Positions 29,779 to 40,698 are shown, counted from the first letter of the stretch. The stretch: 64,000 nucleotides of DNA from Candidatus Sulfomarinibacteraceae bacterium (GCA_963796455.1 CAWCLO010000002.1:169073-233072), one strand, 5' to 3'. The notes: generated by a model not told the origin, from the sequence alone. Made by a program: numbers and translations.

Positions 29779-31176
29779 TCACGAGTGGTTCCCCCGCGAG
29801 TCAGGGAAGGCAAACGCCAAACTCACAAGAACGAGACCGGACGCCCCGAGGCCGAAGAAGACCGGGTCGAGCGGGAGCTCGACCTTGGCGACAGCCAGGA
29901 AGACGGTGAGAGAGCCCCCTGCCAGGATGCTCCAAAAGGCTGCCGTGCCGCTGACACGACGCCAGAACAGCGCACCCAGGGTTGGAATAAAGAGACCGCC
30001 CACCATGAACGAGTAGGCGAGCAGAATCGAGTCAAGCACTCGTGGCACGTACAGAGCGAAGCCGACAGAAGCGAAGCCGACCACCAGGGTCAAGACCCGA
30101 GAGAGAACGAGCAGGGATTTCTCAGACGATGACGGAGCGACGTGCCGGCCGACAATATCGTCGACGAGGTTTCCGACGCTGGCCAACAGGCACGAGTCGG
30201 CGGTCGACATGATGGCGGCGAAATAGGCTGCGAGCACGAGTCCGGTTGCGCCGACCGGCAGCACGTCCCGAATCAACAAGGGCAAGCCCATCTCAGGATC
30301 CGCCGCCGGATAGAGCACCCGGGCAAACATGCCGAGGGTTGCTCCGATGAATGCCATGGCCGGGTACTCCAGGAGCCCTGCCATGTACCAAGCTCTCTTG
30401 GCCGTGGCCACGTCTTTCGAAGCGTGGATTCTCTGATACAGAGTCATTGCGACAAACCAGATCGGTACGATGGTCACCATCCACGTGACTACCTGCAGGC
30501 CGGTGACGTTTCCAAGGGAGAAAAACTCCGGGGGCAAGGCGGCACGGAGACCGGTCCACCCGCCTACGGCCGAATAACCCAGTGGAAGGCCGAGTACGAT
30601 GAGTCCGACAAAGAGGATTCCCCACTGCACCGTGTCGGTGTAGACCACGGCCTGCAATCCACCGAGCGCGGTGTAGACAACGATCACCACCGACATGGTG
30701 AGCACCGCGGTTGTCAGGTCGATGTCGAAGGCCGCCGATGCCAGCTTGCCCCCAGCGAGGAGCTGTGAGCCGGTAAAGCCGGCATACCCGACTGCCGAGA
30801 CCAGCGCCGCAACCAAACGAGTTGGCTCGCCGAATCGGTAGGCCAAAAAATCGGGAAAGGAACGGTGAGAGTGTGCCGCACCAAGGACCTTGACTCTTGG
30901 TATCAGCACCACCGCGGTAATCCACGCGCCAACCAGGCCTGTGAAGAGGAGCCACGAAGCCGAAAGACCCATGACGAAGCCAAGCCCTCCGAGCCCGATC
31001 GAGAATCCGCCGCCGACGTCCGTTGCCACGACCGAGAGACCGATATGACCGGAGCCCATGGCTCTGCCGCCAACAAAATAGTCGTCGAGGCCTTTCTGGC
31101 GGCGCTGGAAGTAGACACCAACCGCCAACATGGCGATGAAGTACACAGCGAGGATTGCGAAGTCTATGATCTGCAC
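29779..31176 (-). CDS. Sodium:solute symporter (SSS/PutP-like), copy 1
   Basis: [30 protein letters not shown]. Confidence 0.92.
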   Translation of the reverse strand: MQIIDFAILAVYFIAMLAVGVYFQRRQKGLDDYFVGGRAMGSGHIGLSVVATDVGGGFSIGLGGLGFVMGLSASWLLFTGLVGAWITAVVLIPRVKVLGAAHSHRSFPDFLAYRFGEPTRLVAALVSAVGYAGFTGSQLLAGGKLASAAFDIDLTTAVLTMSVVIVVYTALGGLQAVVYTDTVQWGILFVGLIVLGLPLGYSAVGGWTGLRAALPPEFFSLGNVTGLQVVTWMVTIVPIWFVAMTLYQRIHASKDVATAKRAWYMAGLLEYPAMAFIGATLGMFARVLYPAADPEMGLPLLIRDVLPVGATGLVLAAYFAAIMSTADSCLLASVGNLVDDIVGRHVAPSSSEKSLLVLSRVLTLVVGFASVGFALYVPRVLDSILLAYSFMVGGLFIPTLGALFWRRVSGTAAFWSILAGGSLTVFLAVAKVELPLDPVFFGLGASGLVLVSLAFAFPDSRGNHS

Positions 31177-31227
31177 ACTGAGTTTCCAAACGGACGTTCA
31201 AGGGTGGACCGATAGAACCGGGAAAAA

Positions 31228-31245
31228 TACATCGTGCTCAAAATA
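31228..31245 (-). promoter_or_regulatory. Putative EctR-type operator upstream of SSS copy 1
   Basis: TATTTTGAGCACGATGTA on minus strand; equivalent box at 53916-53933. Confidence 0.5.
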
Positions 31246-31338
31246 AAGTAGACCACAACGATGGTCAAATGTGATGGACACAATGGATTTCGGTCAGTTC
31301 TCCTTTGGACTCGTCTAGAATGACCGTGGAGGTTCGGC

Positions 31339-31899
31339 GTGTCCCCGAGTCAATCCAACAACCAAGATCAACCCAGTTTGACGGCCACGCAGGTCATGGC
31401 GGCGTTGCGGAGGATCATTCGGGCGATCGACCTGCACTCCCGGACATTGGTTCGGCGATACGGTCTGACGGGGCCGCAGTTGGTGATTCTGAAGGAGTTG
31501 GTTGAGACCTCGCCGCAATCAGTGAGTTCGCTGGCAGCAGCTGTCAACCTCAGTCAGGCCACCGTTACCGGGATTCTCGATCGTCTCGAGCGCAAGACCA
31601 TGATCACAAGACGGCGTGATTCAAAGGATAAGCGTAAAGTGATGGTCTCACCAACCTCAGCGGCTGAGGATGCGCTGGCAGGTGCGCCACCACTTCTCCA
31701 GGAGCACTTCACGGATGCGTTTGCCGGTCTGGCGGATTGGGAGCAGACTCAGATTCTCTCCTCTCTGCAGCGAATCGTCGTCCTGATGGAGGCCGGGAGC
31801 GTCGAGGCCGGGCCCATTCTCACGACTGGGCCTCTCGACGCGACGCCGGAGGAGACCGAGGCATTTCTGGAACCGACGCAGGCGGAGAACGGGGCCTAG
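31339..31899 (+). CDS. MarR family regulator, EctR-like, copy 1
   Basis: ALRRIIRAIDLHSR.L....GLTGPQL, SQATVTGILDRLE, DKRKV, PPLLQEHF, EQTQILSSLQRIV.LM. Confidence 0.88.
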   Translation: MSPSQSNNQDQPSLTATQVMAALRRIIRAIDLHSRTLVRRYGLTGPQLVILKELVETSPQSVSSLAAAVNLSQATVTGILDRLERKTMITRRRDSKDKRKVMVSPTSAAEDALAGAPPLLQEHFTDAFAGLADWEQTQILSSLQRIVVLMEAGSVEAGPILTTGPLDATPEETEAFLEPTQAENGA

Positions 31900-31954
31900 A
31901 AGTTCCCTCGAGTTGGCTGGTTGGTCCCCAGGTCTTGTCCTCAAATACCTCCCA

Positions 31955-31978
31955 TGATAATGTTTAGTGTGCGATGCT
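31955..31978 (+). promoter_or_regulatory. Extended -10 (TGaTAATGT) overlapped by a putative EctR-type operator, upstream of ablA copy 1
   Basis: TGATAATGTTTAGTGTGCGATGCT; TTGTCC 17 bp upstream of TAATGT; block conserved in copy 2. Confidence 0.5.
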
Positions 31979-32069
31979 TTATTGGCACTCGTTAGAGATT
32001 TTCCCTCACCCCCCACCCCGCTTTGCCGACTGTGCCTAGCGCTGCTGGGCGGTCGAAAGGAACAACCCG

Positions 32070-33419
32070 ATGTCAAATCCAAATACAGATATTGCCACCA
32101 ATGTGGCCGATGAACAGCCCTGGTACAAAGAACGCTCGATCTGGCGCGACGTGCCGATGGCTCAGTGGAATGACTGGCATTGGCAGATGCGTCACCGTGT
32201 TTCCACGGCCGAAGAGCTGGCACGCGTCATCCCCATGACGCCGGGTGAGCAGCGCACGATCGAGCGTGCGCTCGACCGATTCCGCTTTGCTGTGCCTCCG
32301 TACTACGCCTCCCTGATTGACCCGGACGACCCTGAGTGCCCGATTCGTCTGCAGTCCGTTCCCGGTGAAGGCGAGCTGACCATCAGGGATTTTGAAATCG
32401 TCGATCCTCTCAACGAGGAAGGAGACTCGGTGGTGCCGGGAATGACCCACCGATACCCGGATCGTGTGTTGTGGGTGATCATGCACGAATGCGGCATGCT
32501 GTGCCGCCATTGCACCAGAAAGCGCAAGGTCGGGGACCGTCCGGCACCGATCAGCGAAGACCAGTTGGATGCCGGGATCGCTTATCTGAAAGCCAACCCC
32601 GAGATCCGTGACGTGCTGCTCTCAGGCGGTGACCCGCTCCTCCTGTCCGATGACCGCATCGAGCATGTGTTGAAACGCCTCCGCGATGAGGTGCCGTCAG
32701 TGAAGATCATCCGCTTCGGCTCGCGCTTGCCGGTCACCATGCCGCAGCGGATCACACCTGAGCTGGTCGAGATGCTGAGTCGCTACCATCCGATCTTCGT
32801 CAACACACATTTCAACGTACCCAAAGAGTTCACTCCAGAGTCCGAGAATGCGTTGCGAATGATGGCCGATGTCGGGATTCCACTCGGCAATCAGAGCGTG
32901 CTGCTGCGCGGAGTCAACGACTGTTGGGCGTTGATGCGCAAGCTGATGCATGAGCTGACAGCCAACCGGGTGCGCCCCTATTACCTTTACCAGTGCGATC
33001 TGGCCGAGGGCCTCGATCATTTCCGTACGACCGTGGCCAAGGGCATCGAAATCATGGAGCACCTGCGTGGTCACATATCGGGTCTCGCTGTGCCGACGTT
33101 CGTGGTTGACGCACCCGGAGGAGGCGGCAAGATTCCGGTGCATCCCAACTATGTGGTGTCGCAGCACGAAAACAAGGTTGTCCTGCGCAATTTCGAGGGT
33201 CGGATCGTTGCCTACGAGGAGCCCAGGGAGTACACCGGCATGTGCAACGAGGGGCGTCCGTGCTCCTATTGCAGGGACATCTACCGAGCAGGCGAAGAAT
33301 CCGTCGGTGTTGCCGGTCTTTTCGACGACGATCCCGACAATATTGTGCTCGTTCCGACCGAATCTGCGGCCGAAGAAGAGGAGGCGGAGAAGGGCGCGTC
33401 TGCCCGGAGGTCCGCGTGA
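32070..33419 (+). CDS. ablA: Lysine 2,3-aminomutase (KamA/AblA), copy 1
   Basis: [50 protein letters not shown]-terminal Cys cluster; coupled to acetyltransferase. Confidence 0.93.
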   Translation: MSNPNTDIATNVADEQPWYKERSIWRDVPMAQWNDWHWQMRHRVSTAEELARVIPMTPGEQRTIERALDRFRFAVPPYYASLIDPDDPECPIRLQSVPGEGELTIRDFEIVDPLNEEGDSVVPGMTHRYPDRVLWVIMHECGMLCRHCTRKRKVGDRPAPISEDQLDAGIAYLKANPEIRDVLLSGGDPLLLSDDRIEHVLKRLRDEVPSVKIIRFGSRLPVTMPQRITPELVEMLSRYHPIFVNTHFNVPKEFTPESENALRMMADVGIPLGNQSVLLRGVNDCWALMRKLMHELTANRVRPYYLYQCDLAEGLDHFRTTVAKGIEIMEHLRGHISGLAVPTFVVDAPGGGGKIPVHPNYVVSQHENKVVLRNFEGRIVAYEEPREYTGMCNEGRPCSYCRDIYRAGEESVGVAGLFDDDPDNIVLVPTESAAEEEEAEKGASARRSA

Positions 33420-34306
33420 GCCATGCAGAGACGGTCTCAGCAGCAGAGGCCAACACCCTGGCGAGGATTGAAGGGGAGGGCTTCGCAGCAAAGGTCTTCC
33501 TCAGTCCGCTCAATCAGAGAATCCAGGTATTGAGCTACGAGGCGCACAATGTGCGGCCCCTGGTTTCGGATTTCGAAGACATCGCGCGTCAGGCCGGCTT
33601 CGGCAAGATTTTTCTCAAAGCGCCAGTGAAGGACAAAGCGCGTTTCCAGGAGGCCGGGATGTGCGCAGAGGCGACGATCGACGGCTACTTCAACGGCCGG
33701 CCGGCCGTTGTCATGTCGCTTTTTCTCAACGAGAAACGTCGTCAGCGGCCGCATGCGGAGGATCAGGATGCGATCATGGCGAAGATCCGCGAACGTCCGG
33801 TGAACTCCTCGGTTCCGGCGTTGCCCGAAGGCTATGAGATGTTCCCGAGTGGGCTGCAAGATGCCCAGGAGATTGCCCTGCTCTACGCTGAGGTCTTTGC
33901 CAGCTATCCGTTTCCGATCACCGATCCCGATTACATCACCTCGACGATGAAATCAAACGTGCTGTACCGCATTGTTCGTGACTCGAAGGGGACCCTCGTC
34001 GGTGCCGCGTCGGCAGAAACCAGCCCCGAACTCCACAACGCAGAAATGACCGACTTCGCGACGCTGCCCAGCCAGCGTGGTCTCGGCCTTGCTCAGCACA
34101 TTCTGGCGGCACTCGAGAAGGATATGGCTGAGCGCGACATTTCGAATCTTTACACGATCGCTCGGGCTCGGTCGGCCGGCATGAACCGCGTCTTCTACAA
34201 CCGTGACTATGAACTGACCGGAACTCTCGTCAATAACTGCCACATCGCCGGACAGTTCGAGGACATGCACATCTGGTGCAAGTCCCTGAGGACCGGCGAC
34301 AACTGA
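33416..34306 (+). CDS. ablB: Beta-lysine N-epsilon-acetyltransferase (GNAT), copy 1
   Basis: [67 protein letters not shown]. Confidence 0.9.
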   Translation: MSHAETVSAAEANTLARIEGEGFAAKVFLSPLNQRIQVLSYEAHNVRPLVSDFEDIARQAGFGKIFLKAPVKDKARFQEAGMCAEATIDGYFNGRPAVVMSLFLNEKRRQRPHAEDQDAIMAKIRERPVNSSVPALPEGYEMFPSGLQDAQEIALLYAEVFASYPFPITDPDYITSTMKSNVLYRIVRDSKGTLVGAASAETSPELHNAEMTDFATLPSQRGLGLAQHILAALEKDMAERDISNLYTIARARSAGMNRVFYNRDYELTGTLVNNCHIAGQFEDMHIWCKSLRTGDN

Positions 34307-34462
34307 TCGCGGTTTCGCCCGTTTCGTACGTACAACCAGTACGAAAAAACGCGGCGCCGAAGGGTCGCGAATTGTGTACTGGTTGCGGGGGCCCGCACTC
34401 GAGATATATACGAGCATGCTGCGATGAGTCTCACGCTCTTGTGAGCCTTCCTTCAGCCCAGA

Positions 34463-34625
34463 CTAATTGCATGGATCTCCTTGAACAGCGATGACGGCTT
34501 TTCCTCGAGAATGTCCGTTCTCGAGGCAGTGAATTGCCGACGGCGCATCACAGAGCGCGAAGGTCCTATCGATGACGGGTTTGACCTTACCGTCTTCCAA
34601 AAGCTCCTTCAACGACCGCAGGTCT
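34463..34625 (-). pseudogene. 3' remnant of a Zn-binding alcohol dehydrogenase/quinone reductase gene
   Basis: DLRSLKELLEDGKVKPVIDRTFAL.DA..A...LENGHSRGKAVI. Confidence 0.65.
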
Positions 34626-34629
34626 GACC

Positions 34630-34810
34630 TCCGGTGCTCCGATGAACGCGAACCTTTACACCTGTTCCCGTGAGAGCTGCTCGAGGTTTACGACCTCGAG
34701 GATCGGTACGCCTTGGCGCGCGAGCAGGTAGGTGTGAACAGGGACGTAGTTGTCCTTGACCTCGGCCTCTCCCTCCCGCGGGTTCGACACGGCCAGATAG
34801 GGGAGGACCA
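34630..34810 (-). pseudogene. Remnant of a cyclase (kynurenine formamidase-like) gene with an in-frame stop
   Basis: PVHTYLLARQGVPILEVVNLEQLSREQV*RFAFIGAP. Confidence 0.6.
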
Positions 34811-35023
34811 GTCCGATCGGCGCATCCAGATCGAGACGATCCTGGGTGACCATTCGCCTCGGACGGTTCTTTGACGGTGCGGCGGCGCTCATTCGGATCC
34901 TCCCGATGGAGCCGCGCCGGTCCCAGGGCGCAAGTCTCCTTTTTCGTCGGCCCCACGGTACCGGCGAAAGAATGGTTTGTTCGCATCGTTTGGCCGGAGC
35001 CGCCGACGCGGTATGCTCGAACG

Positions 35024-37003
35024 ATGTACGAGCAGATCTCCCACGCCATCCTCAACGACATTCTCGACGACCTCGGACCGGATCTGAACCGAGAGGATCT
35101 CCGCCACTTCTTCGTCCGCCTCGGCGCCAACTTCTACGCGATCCACTCGCTCTTCAGCCACCTGTACGGCAGCCGCGACGATGTGGTCGATCAGCTCCGG
35201 ACTCTGGTCGAAAAGCTCGCGCGGGCCTACGTCGGACGTCCGGACGAACTTCGACGGATCGACATGGCTCGTGAGGAGGAGCACAACTGGTTCCTGAGCC
35301 AGAACATCGTCGCCATGGCGCTCTACTGCGAGGGTTTTGCCGGCGACCTGGAGGGGCTGGAGTCGCGGCTCGAGTACCTCGCCGAGCTCGGGGTCAACAT
35401 GGTCCACGTCCTGCCCGATCCTTGCCGGTCCGGAAGGCGCCAGGGACGGCGGCTACGCGGTCAGCGACTTCCGTCGCATCGATCCCAGGGTCGGTACCGC
35501 CAAGGACCTCACCCGGCTTGCCCGGACGATGCGCGAGAGGGGCATGCTGCTCGCCCTCGACGTCGTGGTCAACCACACCTCGGACGAGCACGAGTGGGCC
35601 CGCCGGGCGCGAGCCGGCGAGGAGGAGTTCGAGGACTTCTACTTCCTCTTCGACGACCGCGAGGTGCCGGACGCCTTCGAGCGGACCATGCCCGAGATCT
35701 TCCCCGAGAACGCGCCGGGCAACTTCACCTTCGACGACGACGTCGGGCAAGTGGGCGATGACGGTCTTCAACACCTACCAGTGGGATCTGAACTACACCA
35801 ACCCACGGGTCCTCATCGAGATGGTCGACGTCATTCTCCACTGGGCCAATCACGGCGCCGATGTGATCCGCCTCGATGCGGTGGCCTTTTTGTGGAAACA
35901 GCTCGGAACCACCTGTCAAAACCTGCGGGAGGCGCACCTCATCCTTCAGTTGATGAAGGACTGCTGTCAGGTGGTGGCGCCGGGGGTGCTGTTCATCGCC
36001 GAGGCCATCGTCGCACCGGTGGAGATCGCTCGCTACTTCGGCGAGGACGCGGTCATCGCCAAGGAGTGCGAAATCGCCTACAACGCCACCCTGATGGCGC
36101 TGCTCTGGGACGGCGTCGCGACGGGCAACGCGAAGCTTCTGAAGCGGGGCGTGCTCAGCCTGCCGAACAAGCTCGATCGCGCCACCTGGCTCAACTACGT
36201 TCGTTGCCACGATGACATCGGTCTCGGATTCGAAGACGCGGACATTGCCGCCGCCGGCTACGATCCGGCTGCCCACCGGCGTTTTCTCTTCGACTGGTTC
36301 ACGGGCCGATTCGAAGGGTCTGTCTCCCGCGGCGAACTTTTTGCGGTCAACACGCGAACCGGGGACGCCCGAATCTCGGGATCGCTGGCCTCCCTCGCCG
36401 GTCTCGAGGCGGCGCTCGAGAGCGGTGATCCCGAGGCGGTGGATCTCGCCGATCGACCGCATCGTCATGCTGCACGCGATGATCATGTCGTATGGCGGCA
36501 TTCCGATGCTGTACTACGGCGACGAGGTCGCGACCCTCAACAACCGGGACTACCTCGACGACCCGGAGCGCGCCGACGATTCGCGTTGGCTGCACCGGCC
36601 GGTCATCGATTGGCGGCGCATGGAACGCCGGTTCGATCGCGGCACCATCGAGCAGCGGGTCTTCTCGGCCCTGAGGAGGATGATCGAGATCCGCAAGACG
36701 ATTCCGGCCTTCGCGGACTTCAACAACCGGGAGTTGATCGAAATCGACGATCCCTCCCTCTTCGCCTTCCTGCGCACCCCGCCGGACCTGAGCGGCGAGC
36801 CGGTGCTCGTGGTGGCGAACTTCGGGCTGGCGCCGACGACCCTCGCTCCCCATGAGATCGGTGGCCGCGGGATCTTCCGCTACGGAACCGTGGTCGACCT
36901 GCACTCGGGCGACGTCATCGAGCTCGAACGGGAGCTGGTCGTCGTGCCGCGATGCGGCTTCCGCTGGCTGACGGATGGTCGGCCGAGAGCCGGGCGAGGC
37001 TAG
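35024..37003 (+). CDS. Amylosucrase / GH13 sucrose-active enzyme (frameshifts near 35410, 35750, 36450)
   Basis: [73 protein letters not shown] spread over four reading segments. Confidence 0.85.
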
Positions 37004-37149
37004 GCCTAGGAGCATGGATCTTGGAAGCGTGACGGAGCGTCATTCGAGTTCGCCCTGATCTACGGCCGCGTATTCGACAGCAACCTGATCGTCGTGCCGC
37101 GATGCGGCTTCCGCTGGCTGACGGACGGTCGGCCGAGAGCCGGGCGAGG
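36939..37149 (+). repeat. 61-bp direct repeat, two copies 150 bp apart (3' end of the amylosucrase gene)
   Basis: 36939-36999 and 37089-37149 differ at one base. Confidence 0.9.
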
Positions 37150-37249
37150 TTCGGCCTAACCCGAGGAATTCGCCAGGTTTCGCCGCGAGGTCGGAAACCG
37201 ACTGCTCGATGGTATCGTCGCGGACCTTGCGCACCCTCGTTGGTGATCG

Positions 37250-39773
37250 CTATGGGCAACGTGACGGGCCCCAGCTATAGCCACACCGCAGGCCGGGCAT
37301 GGTGACCACCGGGTGCCCCTGGTCCTCACGCACCTCATCGGGCCAGCTGAAATCGGCGTCCATGGTGCGGAAGTAGTCGAGGGTGTAGGGCCACAGGGTG
37401 ATCTCTGCTGTGCCTCTGCCGGGGCCGCGACGAATGCGGCAGCCGGGCCCGAAGTCGACCTCGCCCAGCTCTGTCGAGATGATCAGGCGCGGCAGCTCGC
37501 GGCCGCTGCCGTTGCGCCGCAGCTCGGTCGCAATGCCGATGATCGTGTCGAGGTCCACAGGGCGACCGCTGTTCCAGTGCCGTTGGGTCTGCGCGCCGGC
37601 GACATAGAGGTGGTGGAATTCGAAGCCGAAGCGACGACACTTGGACGACAGTGCGCGCATGGCAGCCGCGCTGTCGTTAACGTTGTGCAGCAGGCAGCTG
37701 TTGAGATAGACCGTGACGCCGTGCTGGTGGAAAGCCTCGACCACGCGGCGGTGGGAGTCGTCGAGTTGATCGGCGCTCAACACCAAGGTCTCGAGCTCGA
37801 AACGCACGGGATCGGCCACCTCGAGGCTCTGCAGAGCCGCGTAACGCTCGACGACCGAGGCGTCGTAGAGCAGCGGCTCGTCGTGAAAGACGCGGCTGCG
37901 CATACGGAACGACCGCACGCCGGTGTCGGCGCGCAGGGCGTACACGATGCGTTCGATCTCGTCCTGGGAGTCGGGGAGGTCGGTCTGAGTGCGCAACACG
38001 ACGTCGGTGATCTCCGGCCGATTCGCCACATAGTCGACGATCTGCCGGAGCTCGCGATCATCGCAATCCGCGCGAAGCTCGACACGGGTCAGGTGCACCC
38101 GACAGAGTTTGTCGATGCCGCAGGGGACGACCTCCGGTCCGATGTCGGGCAGATAACTGTAGAGCCTTGCGATCTGTTCCTCGTCGAAGGGCAGGTCGTC
38201 CTCGTCGTCCACCTCGTCGACACCCGGAAGCTCGACCCTGGGAGAGACGAAGAGCGCGTCGTCTCCGATATCGGCCATGAAGCGCGCCTCGAGCATCCCG
38301 TCCTCATTCTCGCGTACGCCCTCGATCTCCGCTGCGGCCGCCACGAATTGGGAGAAGTACTCCGCGGTGTAGGGTGTCCGGATCCACACAAACGCCGGAT
38401 CATCGACGTCACGCTCCACCGCCCAGCCGCTGGTCAGCCAGTCGATCTTGCCGATCTTGGTGGCCGTGGTCAGGTGGGGGATCGCCCGGTCCGAGAGCTG
38501 GGCCCGCAGGAAGTTGCCGGCCCGCAACGCCGTCGCGATCGGGCTCCAAAAGCGCCGGTTGCCTTTGATGGCACTGCAGGGGAAGAAGATGTAGTGCATC
38601 TCCGCACCGCGCAGTCGCAGCTCGCGGTAGAGGCGGACCAGGACCTCGCCGTCGTCGTTGCAACCGGCGAGGAATGGAGTCTGGATGTAGACTGGAATGC
38701 CGTTGCGCGCCAGCTCGGCAATCACCTCGAGCGAGGCGACGGATGCCTCGTCGGGATGAATGAAGTGCCCGGCCACCTCGAGATGTTTGCCGACAATGGC
38801 CAGATCATCGCGCGCCTTGATCAAGAAGCGAACCCAGAAATCGCCGCGTCGACGCAGCATCTGCGGATGGTAAGAGATGGTGCGCGCCGCCAGACGTACG
38901 GTCTCGACGTGGGGGATGTCGCGCGAGCCCGTAGATGGACTGTTCGACGGTCTTGCGGTTCATCAGCGGCTCGCCGCCCGTGAGCACGACCTCCCGGATG
39001 CGGTCGTTACCCGAGATGTAATCCAGCGCCGCGTCCACATCTGCCACGGTCGGCGGCGCCTGTTCGCGGGTTTCCTTGTGTTTGCGGAAGCAGAAGCGGC
39101 AGTACACCGGGCAGCTCATGTGCAGCACCAGGATCACCCGGTTTTCGTACATTTGCTCGACCACGCCCTGATGGAACTGACCGATCCATGTGTGGACCTG
39201 GCCCTCCGGTGAAAGCTCGTCGGTGAACGGCAGGTACTGGTACCCGATGTTTTCGGACAGCCTGATCTGGCGCAGGGTGTGGTGCGAGAGCCGCACCGGA
39301 TACTCGTGCAGGACGCGACGGAGGCTGCCCCGTTCGCCCTCGGGCACCGTGAAGTTGCACAGCGCCTCGTAGTGCTCGAGTTCGCCGATATTCACGAAAC
39401 CGCTCCCCGGCAGCATCTCCTCCAGGAAGGTCAGCAGCAGCTCCTGGGGCAGGTCGATGCCTCCCAGGTTCACCCGAGCCACCGCCTGCGGCGATGCATG
39501 GTTCAACGCGTCGAGAATCTCGTGGATGAACGCTTCGACCCAGTCCTCGTAGCCGCATGCCGCGATCAGCCGCTGCAGGCGCTCGTCGCCGTCGCCTTCA
39601 CCCAGCACGGCGGCGAGCTTCTGCCCGACCACGGCGGGTTCGCCGTACCGATCCAGGAATTCAACCAGCCGATCCTCGAGGAGGCCGATATCGATCTCGC
39701 CCTGCGACAGGGGTGTGCCCTGCTCGCCCGTCCAGATGCCCGTTTCGGAACGCACGCTCTCACTCACTTTCAA
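37250..39773 (-). CDS. Large tandem-domain KamA-family radical SAM protein (~840 aa; one frameshift near 38920)
   Basis: Domain 1: MYENRV, CPVYCRFCFRK, VLTGGEP, HFIHPDE, QTPFLAGCND, GKIDW; domain 2: EITDVVL, NSCLLHNVNDS, LRRNGSGRELP without CxxxCxxC. Confidence 0.82.
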
Positions 39774-39931
39774 TCCCGCCCTTCACGTCGTGCCTCAAGA
39801 GTAGGACGCCGGCCCGAGCATCGCAAGCGAGCCGGCTTCATGATTCCTGCAACCCAGGTCTTCCGCAACAGATGCATCCCGAGCGTGTTGAACGGGCGGT
39901 GACCCGGCGTGACCAATCACGAGACTGGTCA

Positions 39932-40675
39932 CTACATCTTGAATTCAACGAGGACGGCGCGAACGGGTTCGGCGCCGGCGGTCAGCACCGGTCGAGATTC
40001 CTCGCTCAGCCAGAGAACCCGGTCCGCCTCTGCTCGAATTCGGAACTGATCGTTGTCCGTATCGACAACTCGGAACTCGGCCGGGGTCAAGGTATAGACG
40101 ACGCAGGGGCGGTCGAGCTCGAGGGGAGCTGCGCTGTCGGCCGGGACCGAAACCTCCGAGATCGCGAACCGCTGGTCCGCCGCCAGGATTTTCACACCAT
40201 CAGAGGTGGATTTTGGGTATGGCTCATCCATTGCCGGCTCGGATGACGGAGGGAGGGGGGTCTCACTTCGCGTAACCACCAGTAACTCGACGGGCTCCGG
40301 ACCAGGATTGCGGATCGCGTATCTCGAGGCGTCCCAGATGTCCGCCTCGCCGACCGAGTAGCTTGCGATAGCGGGGACTCCTTCATGGCTGAAAGAGAGG
40401 TCACCCTCTCGCAGCGCGAAGACGACGCGGGCTCCGGCCGTGTGTGCAGGGATTGACTCCCCCGGCGACAGCTCGAGTCTCAAAACGTTTGCGTGTTGGT
40501 TCTCGAAAAGGGTCACGACATTGCCTGGTGCGATTCGGTCGAGTCCCGGAGGCGTCGGAGCCTCGTTCATCAGCTTCCCGATCTGAGCTGCGAGCCCTGC
40601 GTCGGGTTCATGGCTGTCGCATCCGAACCCGAGGGCTGCGATTACGATGACGAGCATGATTCGTGTGGTTGACAT
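39932..40675 (-). CDS. Lipoprotein with two cupin-like domains
   Basis: Lipobox LGFGC; LFENQHANVLRLELSPGESIPAH...IRNPGPEPVELLVV. Confidence 0.6.
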   Translation of the reverse strand: MSTTRIMLVIVIAALGFGCDSHEPDAGLAAQIGKLMNEAPTPPGLDRIAPGNVVTLFENQHANVLRLELSPGESIPAHTAGARVVFALREGDLSFSHEGVPAIASYSVGEADIWDASRYAIRNPGPEPVELLVVTRSETPLPPSSEPAMDEPYPKSTSDGVKILAADQRFAISEVSVPADSAAPLELDRPCVVYTLTPAEFRVVDTDNDQFRIRAEADRVLWLSEESRPVLTAGAEPVRAVLVEFKM

Positions 40676-40698
40676 GTGGTGCCCCTTCCATTGAGAGT

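Noticed and set aside
32070..33419. EF-P modification enzyme EpmB or lysine fermentation KamA
   Set aside because: Coupled to an AblB-type acetyltransferase; no efp, epmA or kamDE in the window.
34322..34346. Hairpin TTTCGTAC...GTACGAAA after ablB as a terminator
   Set aside because: Weak AT-rich stem with no U-tract on the coding strand.
36939..37149. Direct repeat as a CRISPR array or att site
   Set aside because: Only two 61-bp copies, derived from coding sequence; no cas or integrase genes in the window.
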